Shown piece after piece: positions 41,271 to 51,448 of a stretch of 64,000 bases of DNA. Numbering within the stretch: the first letter of the stretch is position 1; every line of letters begins with the position of its first letter. Source of the stretch: Vulcanimicrobiota bacterium (GTDB taxonomy: Bacteria; Vulcanimicrobiota; Vulcanimicrobiia; Vulcanimicrobiales; Vulcanimicrobiaceae); contig CAVZQC010000004.1 of the NCBI GenBank assembly GCA_963777315.1, positions 736,001-800,000 on the forward strand, written 5' to 3'. Both the position numbers and the translations under genes were made by a program. The notes beneath the pieces were generated by a model. That model was given only the letters and a program-made list of their open reading frames with translations. It searched no databases and was not told the DNA's origin.

Positions 41271-41694
41271 AGCCTTCTCCCACCGCCGCCGGCGCGGCCG
41301 GCTTGCGCTGCATGCCTTTGAATTCCGAAATCGCCTGCGCCCACATCGCGCGGTACTCCTCGAACGAGGGAAGGATCCGTTCCACGCGAGCCGCGTCTTT
41401 TTGCATATTCGCCATCACCAGTTCGTGATGCCAGAACTCGTAAACCCGGAACAGATTGCGTGCCACCTCGCCGCCGATCTCCATGTCGAGCGAACCCATC
41501 AGCAGCGCGAGCGCCCGCTGCGCGCGCAGCAGCGACTTGTGGATGCCCTCGATGTCGCGCCGGTCCGCGCGAAGCTTCTCCAGACCCTGCGTCGCGCTTA
41601 AGACCAGCACGTCGAAAATTTTGACGATCAGGTCTTCTTTCGACGCAGTCGCGATCGACGTTTCGAGATACTGCCGTTCAACCGAACGCTTCAT
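41254..41694 (-). CDS. fliS: Flagellin export chaperone FliS
   Basis: YLETSIATASKEDLI, LMGSLDMEIGGEVARNLFRVY, ANMQKD. Confidence 0.92.
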   Translation of the reverse strand: MKRSVERQYLETSIATASKEDLIVKIFDVLVLSATQGLEKLRADRRDIEGIHKSLLRAQRALALLMGSLDMEIGGEVARNLFRVYEFWHHELVMANMQKDAARVERILPSFEEYRAMWAQAISEFKGMQRKPAAPAAVGEGFAAVG

Positions 41695-41706
41695 GCAGGC
41701 CGGATG

Positions 41707-43720
41707 CTAGCCGCCGCTTTGTCCGTTTTGATTGAAGAACGAACCGAGCTGCGACTGCAGGGATTGATACTGAGCGATCTGCGTTTCGGCTTGAACGAAC
41801 TCGGTGCGCATTGCGTCGGCCTGCATGTTGACGTTGTCTTGTATCTGCGCGATCTGCTGCTGCAGCGACTGGATGTTCGAACTGTTGGTGTTTTCGAATC
41901 CCTGCACCAATGAAACGCTCGGGATCGCCCCCAGCAGCGCGTTAGCGGTGTTCGTCGGCATGCCCGTGACGCTGGTGAGATACGTGCCCATTTGCGTGAC
42001 CAGCCCCTGCGGACCGTTGAACAGCGCCTGCACCGCGTTCGGATTGGCAGCCAACGCCTGCTGCAGTTGCTGCACGTTGAGCGGCTGCAATTGGCCGTCG
42101 GTTCCGGCCATGGTCTGCGTGCTGATCTGTTGGGTGGAAGCGCCCGTCGCATCCGACGACGTGTTCTGCGCCAGCTCGCTGAAGGAACTGGTCAGGTCCA
42201 GTCCGATTGCCGAGAGCGAACTATAGGCTCCGCCGTTGGGATTGAACGCCGTGACCATCTGCACGAGTTCGTTCTTGATCGAATTCACGTCGGCATTGTT
42301 GTACAGAACGCCTCCGCCGACCGGCGTAGAAGGAGCGCCCATGCCGGTTCCGGCCGGCGACGTGGGAACGACCGGGGGCGCCGTCGCGCTGTTGATTTCG
42401 TTGATGGCGGCGTTATACGCCGAAACGAACGTGTTGAGCGCGCTGACCAGCGACGAGCTGTCCTGCGTGACCGTAATTTGGAAGGGCGAAGCGGCCGCTC
42501 CGGTGACGTTGATCTGCACGCCCGGTATCGCGGTGGTGACCGCATTGCTGCTGCTGTAGATCGTTTGCGGAGGTCCCCCGCCGTTCTGAACCGTGACGGA
42601 GGCTTGTTTGCCGATGGACGTGGTTGCGCCGCCGGCCGTGGTCAGTCCGGTGGCGCTCAGGAAATTGCTGCTGTCCGACCCCGAGCCCAAGACGATGGAC
42701 TGAGGTCCGGTATTCTTGTTCGTGAGCGTGATTTGCCCGGTCGACGCGTTATACGAGGCGACGACGCCTGCGTTGGATTGATTGATGCGCGTGAGCACCG
42801 AGGCCAGGTTGTCCGCAGACTGCATTGACGGAAATCTGAACGCCGTTGATGGTGAAGACGCCGCTTGTGACCGCGGTGGCATAATTCGCGTTCGTGCTTT
42901 GGCCAAGCGCGTTGGTCGAATTGAACGCCGGCGCCTGATTGATGCCGCCGACGCCGGCCGTGGCAACGACCGAGCCGGACGACGCGCCGTTGTTGACCTG
43001 CGCGGAATCCAGTCTAAGCACTTGCAGCAGGTTACCGGAGTCGCCAGGAGCGCCCAAAGAAATGGGGCGGCTCGAATCCGAGATCTGCACGGCGCCGCCC
43101 ACCAACTGCATGGTGAATCCGGCATCGCCGGCAGCGTGCTCGGCAGTGTTGACGTTGGCGATAATCGTGTTGAGCGAGTCGGTCGTTACGTTGTAGGAAA
43201 CGGTTACACCGTTTATCGTGACCGAACCGGTTGCGCCGGCTCCGTTGCTGGGAGTGATCGCGGCCCATGAATCGCTCAGGGGCACGTCGGCGCCGGAGGC
43301 CGTCGTTCCCGGCATCGAGTCGGTGATGGCGTGACCCATACCGGCGGCTCCCAAGACCTGCGTTGCCGTTGCAAGCGTCGTTCCGTCGATGGTATAAGTT
43401 CCCGGAGCGGCGCTCGCGCCAGGAATGCCTTGAGCGCCGGCATCGGCGGGATCGCTCGAGACCGCACCCACCGCGTTATAGCCGTCGGGCTGCGACAAAG
43501 CCGTGAGCGCGTTCTGCACGGACGCCAGCATCCCGTTGATCTTGATCAGCTCGCTGTTGGCGGCATTGAGCGTCGCAATCTGCGCGTTGAGCGAGACGGT
43601 CGGCTGCAGCGAGAGCGAGGTCAGCTTCTGGATGATCGAATTGTAGTCGATTCCGGAAACGATGCCCGGAAAAGAAACGGGCGGCACATTGTAGCCGGGA
43701 ACGCTTGAAGTGCTGGACAT
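41707..43720 (-). CDS. fliD: Flagellar filament cap FliD, apparent +1 frameshift at about 42819
   Basis: SFPGIVSGIDYNSIIQKL N-terminus; FVSAYNAAI and FVQAETQIAQYQS C-terminus; removing one base gives ISVNAAADNLASVL. Confidence 0.88.
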
Positions 43721-43728
43721 TATCGTTC

Positions 43729-44067
43729 CTACGCGTTCCTATCCAGCGCTACGCCGCTGTGCTTGTCGAAAAATTGAGCCATCTGCACGACCATCTCAGA
43801 GGGAACCTGTGCTATTTCCTCGCCCGTATGCGGATCCGTGAAGACCATGACGATCATGTTGGGATCGTGCTCGACGCGGTATCGCACGTCGACCGTTACC
43901 GGCTGCGCGGGATGGCCCTGTGAGAAAATCTTTGCGATCACCGGAGCGAGTGCGTCGCCGTTCGGCGCCGCGGCGAATTGCTCCGATTGAGCGGTGCCGG
44001 CATACGGAACCGCAGCCGGGGGCGTCTGTTGCAGCACTGCGGCGGCGGCAACGCCTTGAACGTCCAT
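43729..44067 (-). CDS. flaG: FlaG family protein
   Basis: DPHTGEEIAQVPSE, GVALDRNA; upstream of fliD. Confidence 0.85.
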   Translation of the reverse strand: MDVQGVAAAAVLQQTPPAAVPYAGTAQSEQFAAAPNGDALAPVIAKIFSQGHPAQPVTVDVRYRVEHDPNMIVMVFTDPHTGEEIAQVPSEMVVQMAQFFDKHSGVALDRNA

Positions 44068-44089
44068 GTTAGGCCTCCTACTCCTTTAG

Positions 44090-44117
44090 TGTTCGGCCTT
44101 GCGCAGGCGGCAGTTTA
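44090..44117 (-). promoter_or_regulatory. sigma28 promoter of flaG-fliD-fliS (TAAA-N16-GCCGAACA)
   Basis: -35 TAAA 44117-44114, overlapping the upstream stop codon; -10 44097-44090. Confidence 0.75.
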
Positions 44118-45965
44118 GGCTCCCACGCGGGCTTGCGAGGCAGCCGCGTAGGCCCGCACGGTGGTCGCCAGCGCAGCCCTTGGATCGCAGGAAGCGAGGA
44201 CGCGCCGAGCACACTCGGCGAGCGCGCGCGGACGTTCGCCTGCCGCCATCCACGCATCGCCCAGGGCGATCGCTATAGAGGCGGTATCCCGCGGATCCGC
44301 CTGCCACGTGCCCGCTCCCCATTGGCAGGCGTAGCCGGAAGAAATGGCCGCAGCGCACCCGCTCGCGATCGCTTCGGCGATGCGCCGCAGACCAAAGCGC
44401 ACGTAACCGACGTCCGCAAACACGCGTGCGCTGCGGTACAGCGCCGCTCTGACGGCGGGATCGGGCTCGGGAACGAACAGCGTTCGTTCGTCGGCGAACG
44501 CAGCCAGGTGCCGGCGGTACCGTTCGTCGCGAACGGGGCCCGCGATCACCAGCGGCAAACCGGCCTGCGCGGCCGCCCGCACGAGCAGAAATTGGTTGGC
44601 GCGCGGCTCGACCGGCGCATGCGCGAGCACGAAATCCGACGTTCCGACCAAACGTTCGATGCAAGCCGGAGCAGCGGACCTTTCCAGATATGCGGGCGCG
44701 TGCAGCACCGGCCCGTTAAAGCCGCAACTGCGCACGAGCTGCGCTTCATCCGTACCGGCGGTTATCACGGCGTCGGCTCGAGCCAACACCTCGCGCAGGC
44801 TGCGCTCGTATCCCGCAAACGGTTCGCCGTGCGACTGCGGCGCGGCCAGCCGGTCCTCGATGGAGATTTCATCTTCGGCGCGTTCGATCGCAGCGGTCGA
44901 GATTGCGGCTTGCCACGAACTTTGCGCGACGACGTCCGGCAGCCCAGCGGTAACGACCAGAGCAGTATCCGCCGCGCGCGCCCGCGCCGACAGCGCCGCA
45001 AGTCCCTGCGGCACCGCAAGCGTGAAAGCGTGCACGAGGTCATAGGCGCCGGGATCGCAGGCCGAAGCGAAACACACGTCGACGGTAAACCCTTCTTCGC
45101 GCAGTCGCCCTGCAAGCGTTTGCGCATCGTCGGAATCGGCATCGGGTGCGGCTTGCCAGTCGTCGCGCAGCGCAATGGCAATGCGGCCCGAGGAGCCACC
45201 GTGCGCGCGAACGTCGATCGCGAAAGCGGGCCGTACCGTTCGACGGACCGAGCACTCCACATGGAAACTGCGCCTTACCGCGTCCAGCTCCACACGAATG
45301 CCCGCGGGCCCGGCATCCGCACCGATTGCGACATCGTACTCGCCCTCCAGCGGTGAAAATATCGCCGTCGCGTACCAGCGTGCGGCCAGGGCGTTGCGCT
45401 GGGGATCGCCCAAGTCCGCGCGCACGTGCGCCGCGTGGCGCGCGAGCATCAGCGCTCCGCACGCTCCGTTCTCGTCGGCGATTCCGACGCGGCGATCGGT
45501 CGCAAAACGGGCCGCATGCATGTAGGCCGCGGCATCTTCACACACCAAGCGATACGCAGCGGCTCCCAGAAAGCGATTGCGCCGTGCCCGTTCGAACAAG
45601 GCGGCGCCGTCCCCGCGAAAAAAGCGCACGGCTTCTTCATCGAGCCGGCGCGCTTGGATCCATGGCAGGAGCGCGGCCTCGAGCGCGGCGGCTTGCTCGT
45701 GCGACACGCAATGCGCATACGCCGCAGGCCATACCAGTGCAGAGAGTTCGGGATACTCGAGCATTTCGGGAACGATTTCGATCCGCGGTACGACCGCAAC
45801 GTTCTCCCCGTCGAAAAACACCAGATCCATGGCCGCCGGCTCATCTGCGCGCTCATCGATAGGCTCGATCCGTGCAACGGTCAACGTCTGCGCGTTCAGG
45901 CTCACGCGTCCGTGCGACCACTGCGCGAAGTGCGTGAATGCTGGATGGCGCCGATGCGTTCTCAT
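44115..45965 (-). CDS. Putative glycosyltransferase (GT-B/GT4-like C-terminus, divergent N-terminus)
   Basis: YDLVHAF, VEPRANQFLL, PLVIAGP, LYRSARVF...FGLRRIAEAIASG. Confidence 0.7.
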   Translation of the reverse strand: MRTHRRHPAFTHFAQWSHGRVSLNAQTLTVARIEPIDERADEPAAMDLVFFDGENVAVVPRIEIVPEMLEYPELSALVWPAAYAHCVSHEQAAALEAALLPWIQARRLDEEAVRFFRGDGAALFERARRNRFLGAAAYRLVCEDAAAYMHAARFATDRRVGIADENGACGALMLARHAAHVRADLGDPQRNALAARWYATAIFSPLEGEYDVAIGADAGPAGIRVELDAVRRSFHVECSVRRTVRPAFAIDVRAHGGSSGRIAIALRDDWQAAPDADSDDAQTLAGRLREEGFTVDVCFASACDPGAYDLVHAFTLAVPQGLAALSARARAADTALVVTAGLPDVVAQSSWQAAISTAAIERAEDEISIEDRLAAPQSHGEPFAGYERSLREVLARADAVITAGTDEAQLVRSCGFNGPVLHAPAYLERSAAPACIERLVGTSDFVLAHAPVEPRANQFLLVRAAAQAGLPLVIAGPVRDERYRRHLAAFADERTLFVPEPDPAVRAALYRSARVFADVGYVRFGLRRIAEAIASGCAAAISSGYACQWGAGTWQADPRDTASIAIALGDAWMAAGERPRALAECARRVLASCDPRAALATTVRAYAAASQARVGA

Positions 45966-47713
45966 GCCGGCACTTCGCGCAGCAGATACCGGCGCAACCC
46001 GCTCGGGCTGGCATCGCGCAGATCCTCGATGCGGACGTGCCGCGCCCGCGCTGTCGCAGCAATCCGGCCGTCGTCGTCCGTTTGTTCGCTCACGTCGATG
46101 TCGGCGACGGTATGCAACTCCATGCCCGCGCGCTGAGCGAAGCGTTCCAACCGCGCACCGATCGTCTGCGCCGGCAGATCCCCTAGTGCTGCAATGGCCA
46201 GCAGCACCGCATGGTCCGCGTCGAAGGCGCGCAGATAGCGGCCCGCAAAAGCGCCGACGCGGTTCCAGTCGCTTTCATCGCGCACCGTGGCGGTAAACAC
46301 GACGTCATACGTCCGATCCTCCCGGGCCTGCGGCTGCCGGGGCAATGCAACGTAATGAAGGTCGCGAACGAAGCCGCGCCGGATGGCCGGCCCGGGGACG
46401 TAGCCGCCGCCCTGCCGTATTTGCGGAAGATCCCATTTGGCGGCGAACTTGAGCCAGTTCTCGCGCATCGTCGCGGTCCAGTCGATCTTGTTGGCCGCAA
46501 AGGTCTGGGAACCGAAGTGGTGGATGAACACGTCGTCGCAAACGTAGATGCGATAGCCGGCAGCGCGCACGCGCAAACAGAAATCGTCGTCCTCGAAATT
46601 GCCGATGCCGAACCGCTCGTCGATTCCGCCGATCTCCTCGACGACGCGCCGATCGATGCACAAACACAAACCGATCGCGCGGTCGGTCATGTAGCCTCGA
46701 TCGCGATACCGCTCTCGCCTGGCGGCCGCAAAACGGTGCATCTGCGCCATGTCGGCGTATGCAGCGCCGATGACGATCTGATCGCCCGCTATCTTGTTGC
46801 TGCGCGGGGCCGACACCCCAAGTCCGGGAACTCGCTCGAATGCGCCGAGCAGGCCGTCGAGCCAGCCTGCCGTCACCACCACGTCGTTGTTGAGTAAAAC
46901 GATGTAGTCGCCGCGAGCCGCCGCGATCGCTTGATTATTGCCGCCCGCGAACCCGCGATTGGTCGGATTGAAGATCACGCGCACGCCGGTGAGCGTCTTG
47001 AGCCAGTCCACGGTCTCCGCGCGCGAACCGTTGTCGACGACGATCACCTCATAGTTGCCGCTCGTGTGCGAACGGATCGATTCCAGGGCGAGCTTGGTAA
47101 ATTCCGGCGCGTTCCAGCTGAGCATGACTATCGATACCAGTCCGCGCTGCACCGGCTGTGCGCTGCGCGCCCGTTCGATCGGCTCGGCGCTCGTGCCGCC
47201 GGTGCGCGTGACGATTCCGCGCTGGACGGCGCCCGCGAGCAGCTCCGAAACGGCCGCATCGAGCGAGCCGCACTCACGCAGTCGCTCGTGCTGGGGAAAC
47301 TGGGCGAGCGCGAGCAGGGTGCAGCACGCATTTGCGCAGGATGCGGCGCCTACCGCCGGCGAGCATTCGACCTGGGCGATCAGTTCGTCGAGCCAGCCTT
47401 CGCTCAGCGCGCTGCCCGCGCGCACCAGCGCGAGGTACCGATCGCCGCGAATCTCCATTTCCGCGCGAACCGCCGCTATCGCTTCGGAGGATCGCGCGAA
47501 GACTATGCGCTTGACCGGCGCGCGGTTGGCCTCGAGCGTCCGCGCGAAAGCGGCTCGATCGAACGGCGCCGGCTCACCGTGGCACACGATCGTCGTTTGC
47601 GGAATGTCGAACGTGTCGTATACGGCTGCGCCGCGCGGCATGCGCACGCAGCGGCGAATGGTGCCTTGCTCGATGTAGCGCAGTTGCTCGGCGGGTTCCA
47701 CGCGCACAATCAT
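45962..47713 (-). CDS. GT2 glycosyltransferase
   Basis: VSIVMLSWN, EVIVVDNGS, NRGFAGGNN, LLNNDVVV, IDERFGIGNFEDDDFCLR. Confidence 0.88.
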   Translation of the reverse strand: MIVRVEPAEQLRYIEQGTIRRCVRMPRGAAVYDTFDIPQTTIVCHGEPAPFDRAAFARTLEANRAPVKRIVFARSSEAIAAVRAEMEIRGDRYLALVRAGSALSEGWLDELIAQVECSPAVGAASCANACCTLLALAQFPQHERLRECGSLDAAVSELLAGAVQRGIVTRTGGTSAEPIERARSAQPVQRGLVSIVMLSWNAPEFTKLALESIRSHTSGNYEVIVVDNGSRAETVDWLKTLTGVRVIFNPTNRGFAGGNNQAIAAARGDYIVLLNNDVVVTAGWLDGLLGAFERVPGLGVSAPRSNKIAGDQIVIGAAYADMAQMHRFAAARRERYRDRGYMTDRAIGLCLCIDRRVVEEIGGIDERFGIGNFEDDDFCLRVRAAGYRIYVCDDVFIHHFGSQTFAANKIDWTATMRENWLKFAAKWDLPQIRQGGGYVPGPAIRRGFVRDLHYVALPRQPQAREDRTYDVVFTATVRDESDWNRVGAFAGRYLRAFDADHAVLLAIAALGDLPAQTIGARLERFAQRAGMELHTVADIDVSEQTDDDGRIAATARARHVRIEDLRDASPSGLRRYLLREVPA

Positions 47714-49729
47714 GCGAGTGCGCTTTCCGCCACGCGTTTGGCTTCGTCCAAGCGTCCCAAACGCAGATACAAACTCGCCAGTTCCACCGCTACCCGCTGT
47801 TTGCCGACTCCCAGTGCGCTGCACAGCAGCGTTTCGGCTTCCGAACTGCGGTCGAGCGATTCCAGCAGCGACGCTTTGACCAAAACCGCGTCGACGTTGA
47901 GCGCTCCCGCCTGCAGGACGCGTTCGATCGCCTCGAGCGCCTGCGCGGGATTGCCCGTTTCACGCAGGATGGCCGCGCGTAAAAACCATGGACCGTCTCC
48001 GACTGCGGGATCGGTAATGGCATCCAGATGCCGCAGCGCTTCTTCTTTGCGATCCAGATTCGCGCACGCCAGTGCGGCGTAATACCCGAAGCGGCCGTCG
48101 CCCGGGTGCAGCCGCACGCCCTCGCATGCCGTCTCGAGCGCGTCTTCGTAGCGCTTGGCCGCAAACGCTTGGCTCATGCGCTCGAACCGCTCGCCGGCCT
48201 CCCCGCGGTTCTTCTCCAGCGCATCGAGCGCGCGCGCGGCATCCTGCGAATCGGGTGCGATTCGGCACGCCTCCACGACGAATCGCTCGCCATCGGGCCA
48301 ACCGTTTTGGCGGCAGACGTAGGCCGCTGCCAACAGCATGGATACTGCGGTTTCTTTGGAGAGAGCGCTTGCGGTGCGGTCGATGAGCGCCACCGCTTCG
48401 CGTTCCTTTTTGTGACGCAGCAGGTAATTGACCAGGTTGACGGCGGACAGTTCGTCGCCGAAGTCTTCGTACAGCGAGCGAAATGCCGCCTCGGCTTCGG
48501 CAGGACGGTTCAACCGCTCCAAAGCGCTCGCGCGATTCAGGCGCAGCGGCTGTATCGCCGGACGGTTCGACAGTCCGCGTTCGAACCACTCGAGCGCCTG
48601 CGCGTCGTCGCCTTGCTGCACGTAGGTGCTGCCGATTTCGCACTGCGCTTTCCAGGCCGACACCTCGTCGTCGACGACGAACTGGCGATCGATGAAGTCG
48701 CCGTCTTCGATCGCCTTGCGATACATGTCGCGCGCGCTCTGCAAGTCGTTCATCAAAAAATACGCCTTGCCGGCCGAGAAATGCGCGTTCGCGTATCGCG
48801 GCGCTCGCTCGATGCAGAGCTGCGCGTCAGCTCAAGCCTTTCTCGGGCATTCCAAGGTGCTCGCTGTAGATGTCGGCGAGCATCTGCAGGCCGTTTGGCG
48901 TGAACGCCCGCATGCCGTGTTGCTTACACAACTCCCACATGCGCTCGAAGCCTTGGGCCGCGCGGGTTTGGTCGCCGCCCAAATGGGCGGTCATTCCCAA
49001 ATTGTACCAATGGAACGCATCGTCGGGATTCTCGGCCAGGGTCTGCTCGATGATTCGCATGTTGCGAGCGTACTTGTCGCGGGCACTGACCACTTCTTCG
49101 AGATAGCCGTGGTGCAGGATTTTGATTGGCGCGGTCACCGCGTCCATCGATACGGCGCTGCCGTCGACGCTGGGAAACTCGTGGATGGCCCCGCAGAAAC
49201 GAATGCGTTCGTGGTTTGGAAACAGCCTCACGATCGCGTGCGAGATCGTTCCGCCGCCGCGGTAGCGGTTGGACGAGTTCGCGCACCGCAGCCATACGCC
49301 GGTCAGATGTGCGGGCGCCGTTTTGAGCTGCTCGAGCGCGGGCAAGGATTCCGCCAGCAGCTCCTCGTCGGCATCGAGTTGAAAAATCCAGCGTTTCGTC
49401 GCCATTACGAGGGCTTGATTGCGCGCCCACGCAAAGTCGTTGCGCCATTCGCGCCGCTCGATGCGCGCGCCGAACTGCCGGGCGATGTCGACCGTGCGAT
49501 CGGTCGAACCGGTGTCGACGACGTTGATTTCGTCGACGATGCCTGCCGCGCTGGCAAGACATCGTTCCAAAAATCGCTCTTCGTTGCGGACGATCATGCA
49601 CAAGCTTAAGCCCGCAGGACGCTGAAGCCAATCCTTCGGAGGGACCGGCAGTCCAAACGGCGGCACGGCGTGCGCCGGCGGAGAGGCCGGGGGCGCGCAC
49701 GTGCCCTGCGTGCGTACGCGTATAGGCAT
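47710..49729 (-). CDS. GT2 + TPR flagellin-type glycosyltransferase, apparent +1 frameshift at about 48827
   Basis: LSLCMIVRNEE, VDTGSTDRT, WRNDFAWARN, LDADE, GAIHE, HHGY followed by TPRs; removing one base joins ORFs 48827-49729 and 47710-48756. Confidence 0.87.
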
Positions 49730-49755
49730 CGGTTTAGTGTTCGGCTGCGGGAATG

Positions 49756-49786
49756 AAAAACGAGAGGTCGCCGGAGCGGCCTCTCG
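49756..49786 (-). terminator. Rho-independent terminator after fliC
   Basis: Minus-strand hairpin CGAGAGGCCGC-TCCG-GCGACCTCTCG followed by TTTTT. Confidence 0.8.
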
Positions 49787-49810
49787 CTTGCACGGGTGCG
49801 TGTCCGGCTA

Positions 49811-51031
49811 TTAGCGGAACAGACCCAAGACCGACTGCGCGTTCGCGTTCGACTGCGCCAGGACCGAGGTGCCGACTTGCACCAGGACCTGAAGCTTCGT
49901 GAACTCGCTGGTGGCTTGACCCACGTTGAGATCGCGAATCGCCGATTCGGACGCCTGGAGATTGACCGACGCCACGTTGTCGTTGTTCGCATCTTCGTTG
50001 AGGCGAACGATGACCGCGCCGAGTTGCGCCCGCTGGTTGAGCAGCGTGTTGAGCGCGTTGTCGACCGTGCCGATGGCATCTTCGGCCGCGAGCACGCCCG
50101 CGGACGTGTTGGCCACGTTGATGTTCGAGACGCGAAGCGTCTGCGCGTTCGTGGCTTGAATGCCGATCTGCACCGTGTCGCCTTCGTTGGCGCCGGATTG
50201 AATCGTCAACGGACCCGACGGAGAGCTGCTCGCCGCTACCGCTTGGCTGACTTTGATGTACGCCGTGGTTCCGGCATCGGCCAGCGTGACGTTTCCGACC
50301 GTGATGGCCAGACCGTCGACGGTGATCGTCCCATTTCCGGCCAAAGCGCTCGTGTAGACGTCTGCGCCCACGTTCGTGCTGCTGCTGGAGAAGAACGAAA
50401 CCTGAACCGCGACCGAGGTGCTGCTGGTGTTGATGACCTGCAGTTCGATCGTGCCGTCCACCGCGCCGTTGGTCGTCGTGTCGAAATTCGCCGTTTGGCT
50501 TACCGACGCAACGAGGTTGCCTTGGCCGGCGGCGCCGGCGCTGGCGAGCACTGCGTTGTTCGTGATGTTGTACGAGGCATCGACGTACGGCTGGAAGCCG
50601 GCGTGGCTGCCGTCGAGGAGCGGCTGTCCGTTGAAGTTGGTTCCCTGCGAAATGCGGTTCACTTCCAAGAGCAGCTGCGAGATCTCAGCCTGAAGGTTCT
50701 GATTGTCCGACGGGCTGTTGATCGAGTTGGACGCTTCGACCGACAAGCTGCGAATGCGCTGCAGAATGTCGGTTTCGCTCGCCAGGGCGCCGTCTGCAAC
50801 CTGCGCGGCGTTGTTCGCGTCTTGAACGTTCTGCGAAGCCTGCTGAAACGCGTCGACTTGCGTTTGCAGATTCGTCGCGATGGCAAGACCCGACGGATCG
50901 TCGGCTGCAGAGTTGATACGCAGGCCGCTGGACAGCTGCGTCACCAAGTTCTTTAAGGTCGATTGATTGTTGTCCAGGTTGTACTGGACGCTATTGGCCA
51001 ACAAGTTGTTGGCGATGCTGAGTCCTTGCAT
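49811..51031 (-). CDS. fliC: Flagellin
   Basis: LSSGLRINSAADDPSGLAIA, ILQRIRSL, TNFNGQPLLDG, RAQLGA...RL, ESAIRD, LAQSN; GGAGG RBS. Confidence 0.97.
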   Translation of the reverse strand: MQGLSIANNLLANSVQYNLDNNQSTLKNLVTQLSSGLRINSAADDPSGLAIATNLQTQVDAFQQASQNVQDANNAAQVADGALASETDILQRIRSLSVEASNSINSPSDNQNLQAEISQLLLEVNRISQGTNFNGQPLLDGSHAGFQPYVDASYNITNNAVLASAGAAGQGNLVASVSQTANFDTTTNGAVDGTIELQVINTSSTSVAVQVSFFSSSSTNVGADVYTSALAGNGTITVDGLAITVGNVTLADAGTTAYIKVSQAVAASSSPSGPLTIQSGANEGDTVQIGIQATNAQTLRVSNINVANTSAGVLAAEDAIGTVDNALNTLLNQRAQLGAVIVRLNEDANNDNVASVNLQASESAIRDLNVGQATSEFTKLQVLVQVGTSVLAQSNANAQSVLGLFR

Positions 51032-51090
51032 GTTTCCTCCATGATCACACGCATGTGTGAATGACTAGTCCGGGGAGACTTCCTGTCCCC
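51032..51090 (-). promoter_or_regulatory. fliC leader with CsrA-binding hairpin and a second hairpin
   Basis: Minus-strand GGGGAC-AGGAA-GTCTCC (51090-51074, GGA in loop); TCACAC-ATGC-GTGTGA (51060-51045); ATGGAGGA overlapping the SD. Confidence 0.7.
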
Positions 51091-51100
51091 TTCGTAGATG

Positions 51101-51127
51101 ATATCGGCCGCTATCCGACCGACTTTA
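51101..51127 (-). promoter_or_regulatory. sigma28 promoter of fliC (TAAA-N15-GCCGATAT)
   Basis: Exact SigD-type consensus; -35 overlaps the csrA stop codon. Confidence 0.9.
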
Positions 51128-51400
51128 GGAGAGCTCTTTAGGATTTTTCGGCGGCTTCTTACGCGCCTGAAGGGCCGCGCGTCCGACGGCTGACGCTCGC
51201 TCCTCACCCGTGGAGGCGACCTCGGCTGCAGTGCGGTTGGTGCGCTGGATCTCTTCGTATATTTCGGAGCGGTGAACCGCTATTTCCCTGGGCGCTTCGA
51301 TGCCGAGCTTGACTTGGTCGCGATCGACGGCCACCACGACAACGCGGACGTTGTCGCCGACCATGATCGATTGGTTGACTTTGCGGCTTAGGACTAGCAT
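51125..51400 (-). CDS. csrA: Carbon storage regulator CsrA
   Basis: MLVLSRK..QSIMVGD, KLGIEAP, HRSEIY; Asn55 and C-terminal extension. Confidence 0.96.
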   Translation of the reverse strand: MLVLSRKVNQSIMVGDNVRVVVVAVDRDQVKLGIEAPREIAVHRSEIYEEIQRTNRTAAEVASTGEERASAVGRAALQARKKPPKNPKELS

Positions 51401-51448
51401 CGGTGCCCTCCTTGGCGTGCTTGACGGCCTTAGGCTGACACAGCGGTT

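Noticed and set aside
41707..49729. Calling fliD and the GT-TPR gene pseudogenes or programmed frameshifts
   Set aside because: No slippery heptamer or repeat tract at the sites, no other decay, and the shared GCWGC context favours a systematic cause.
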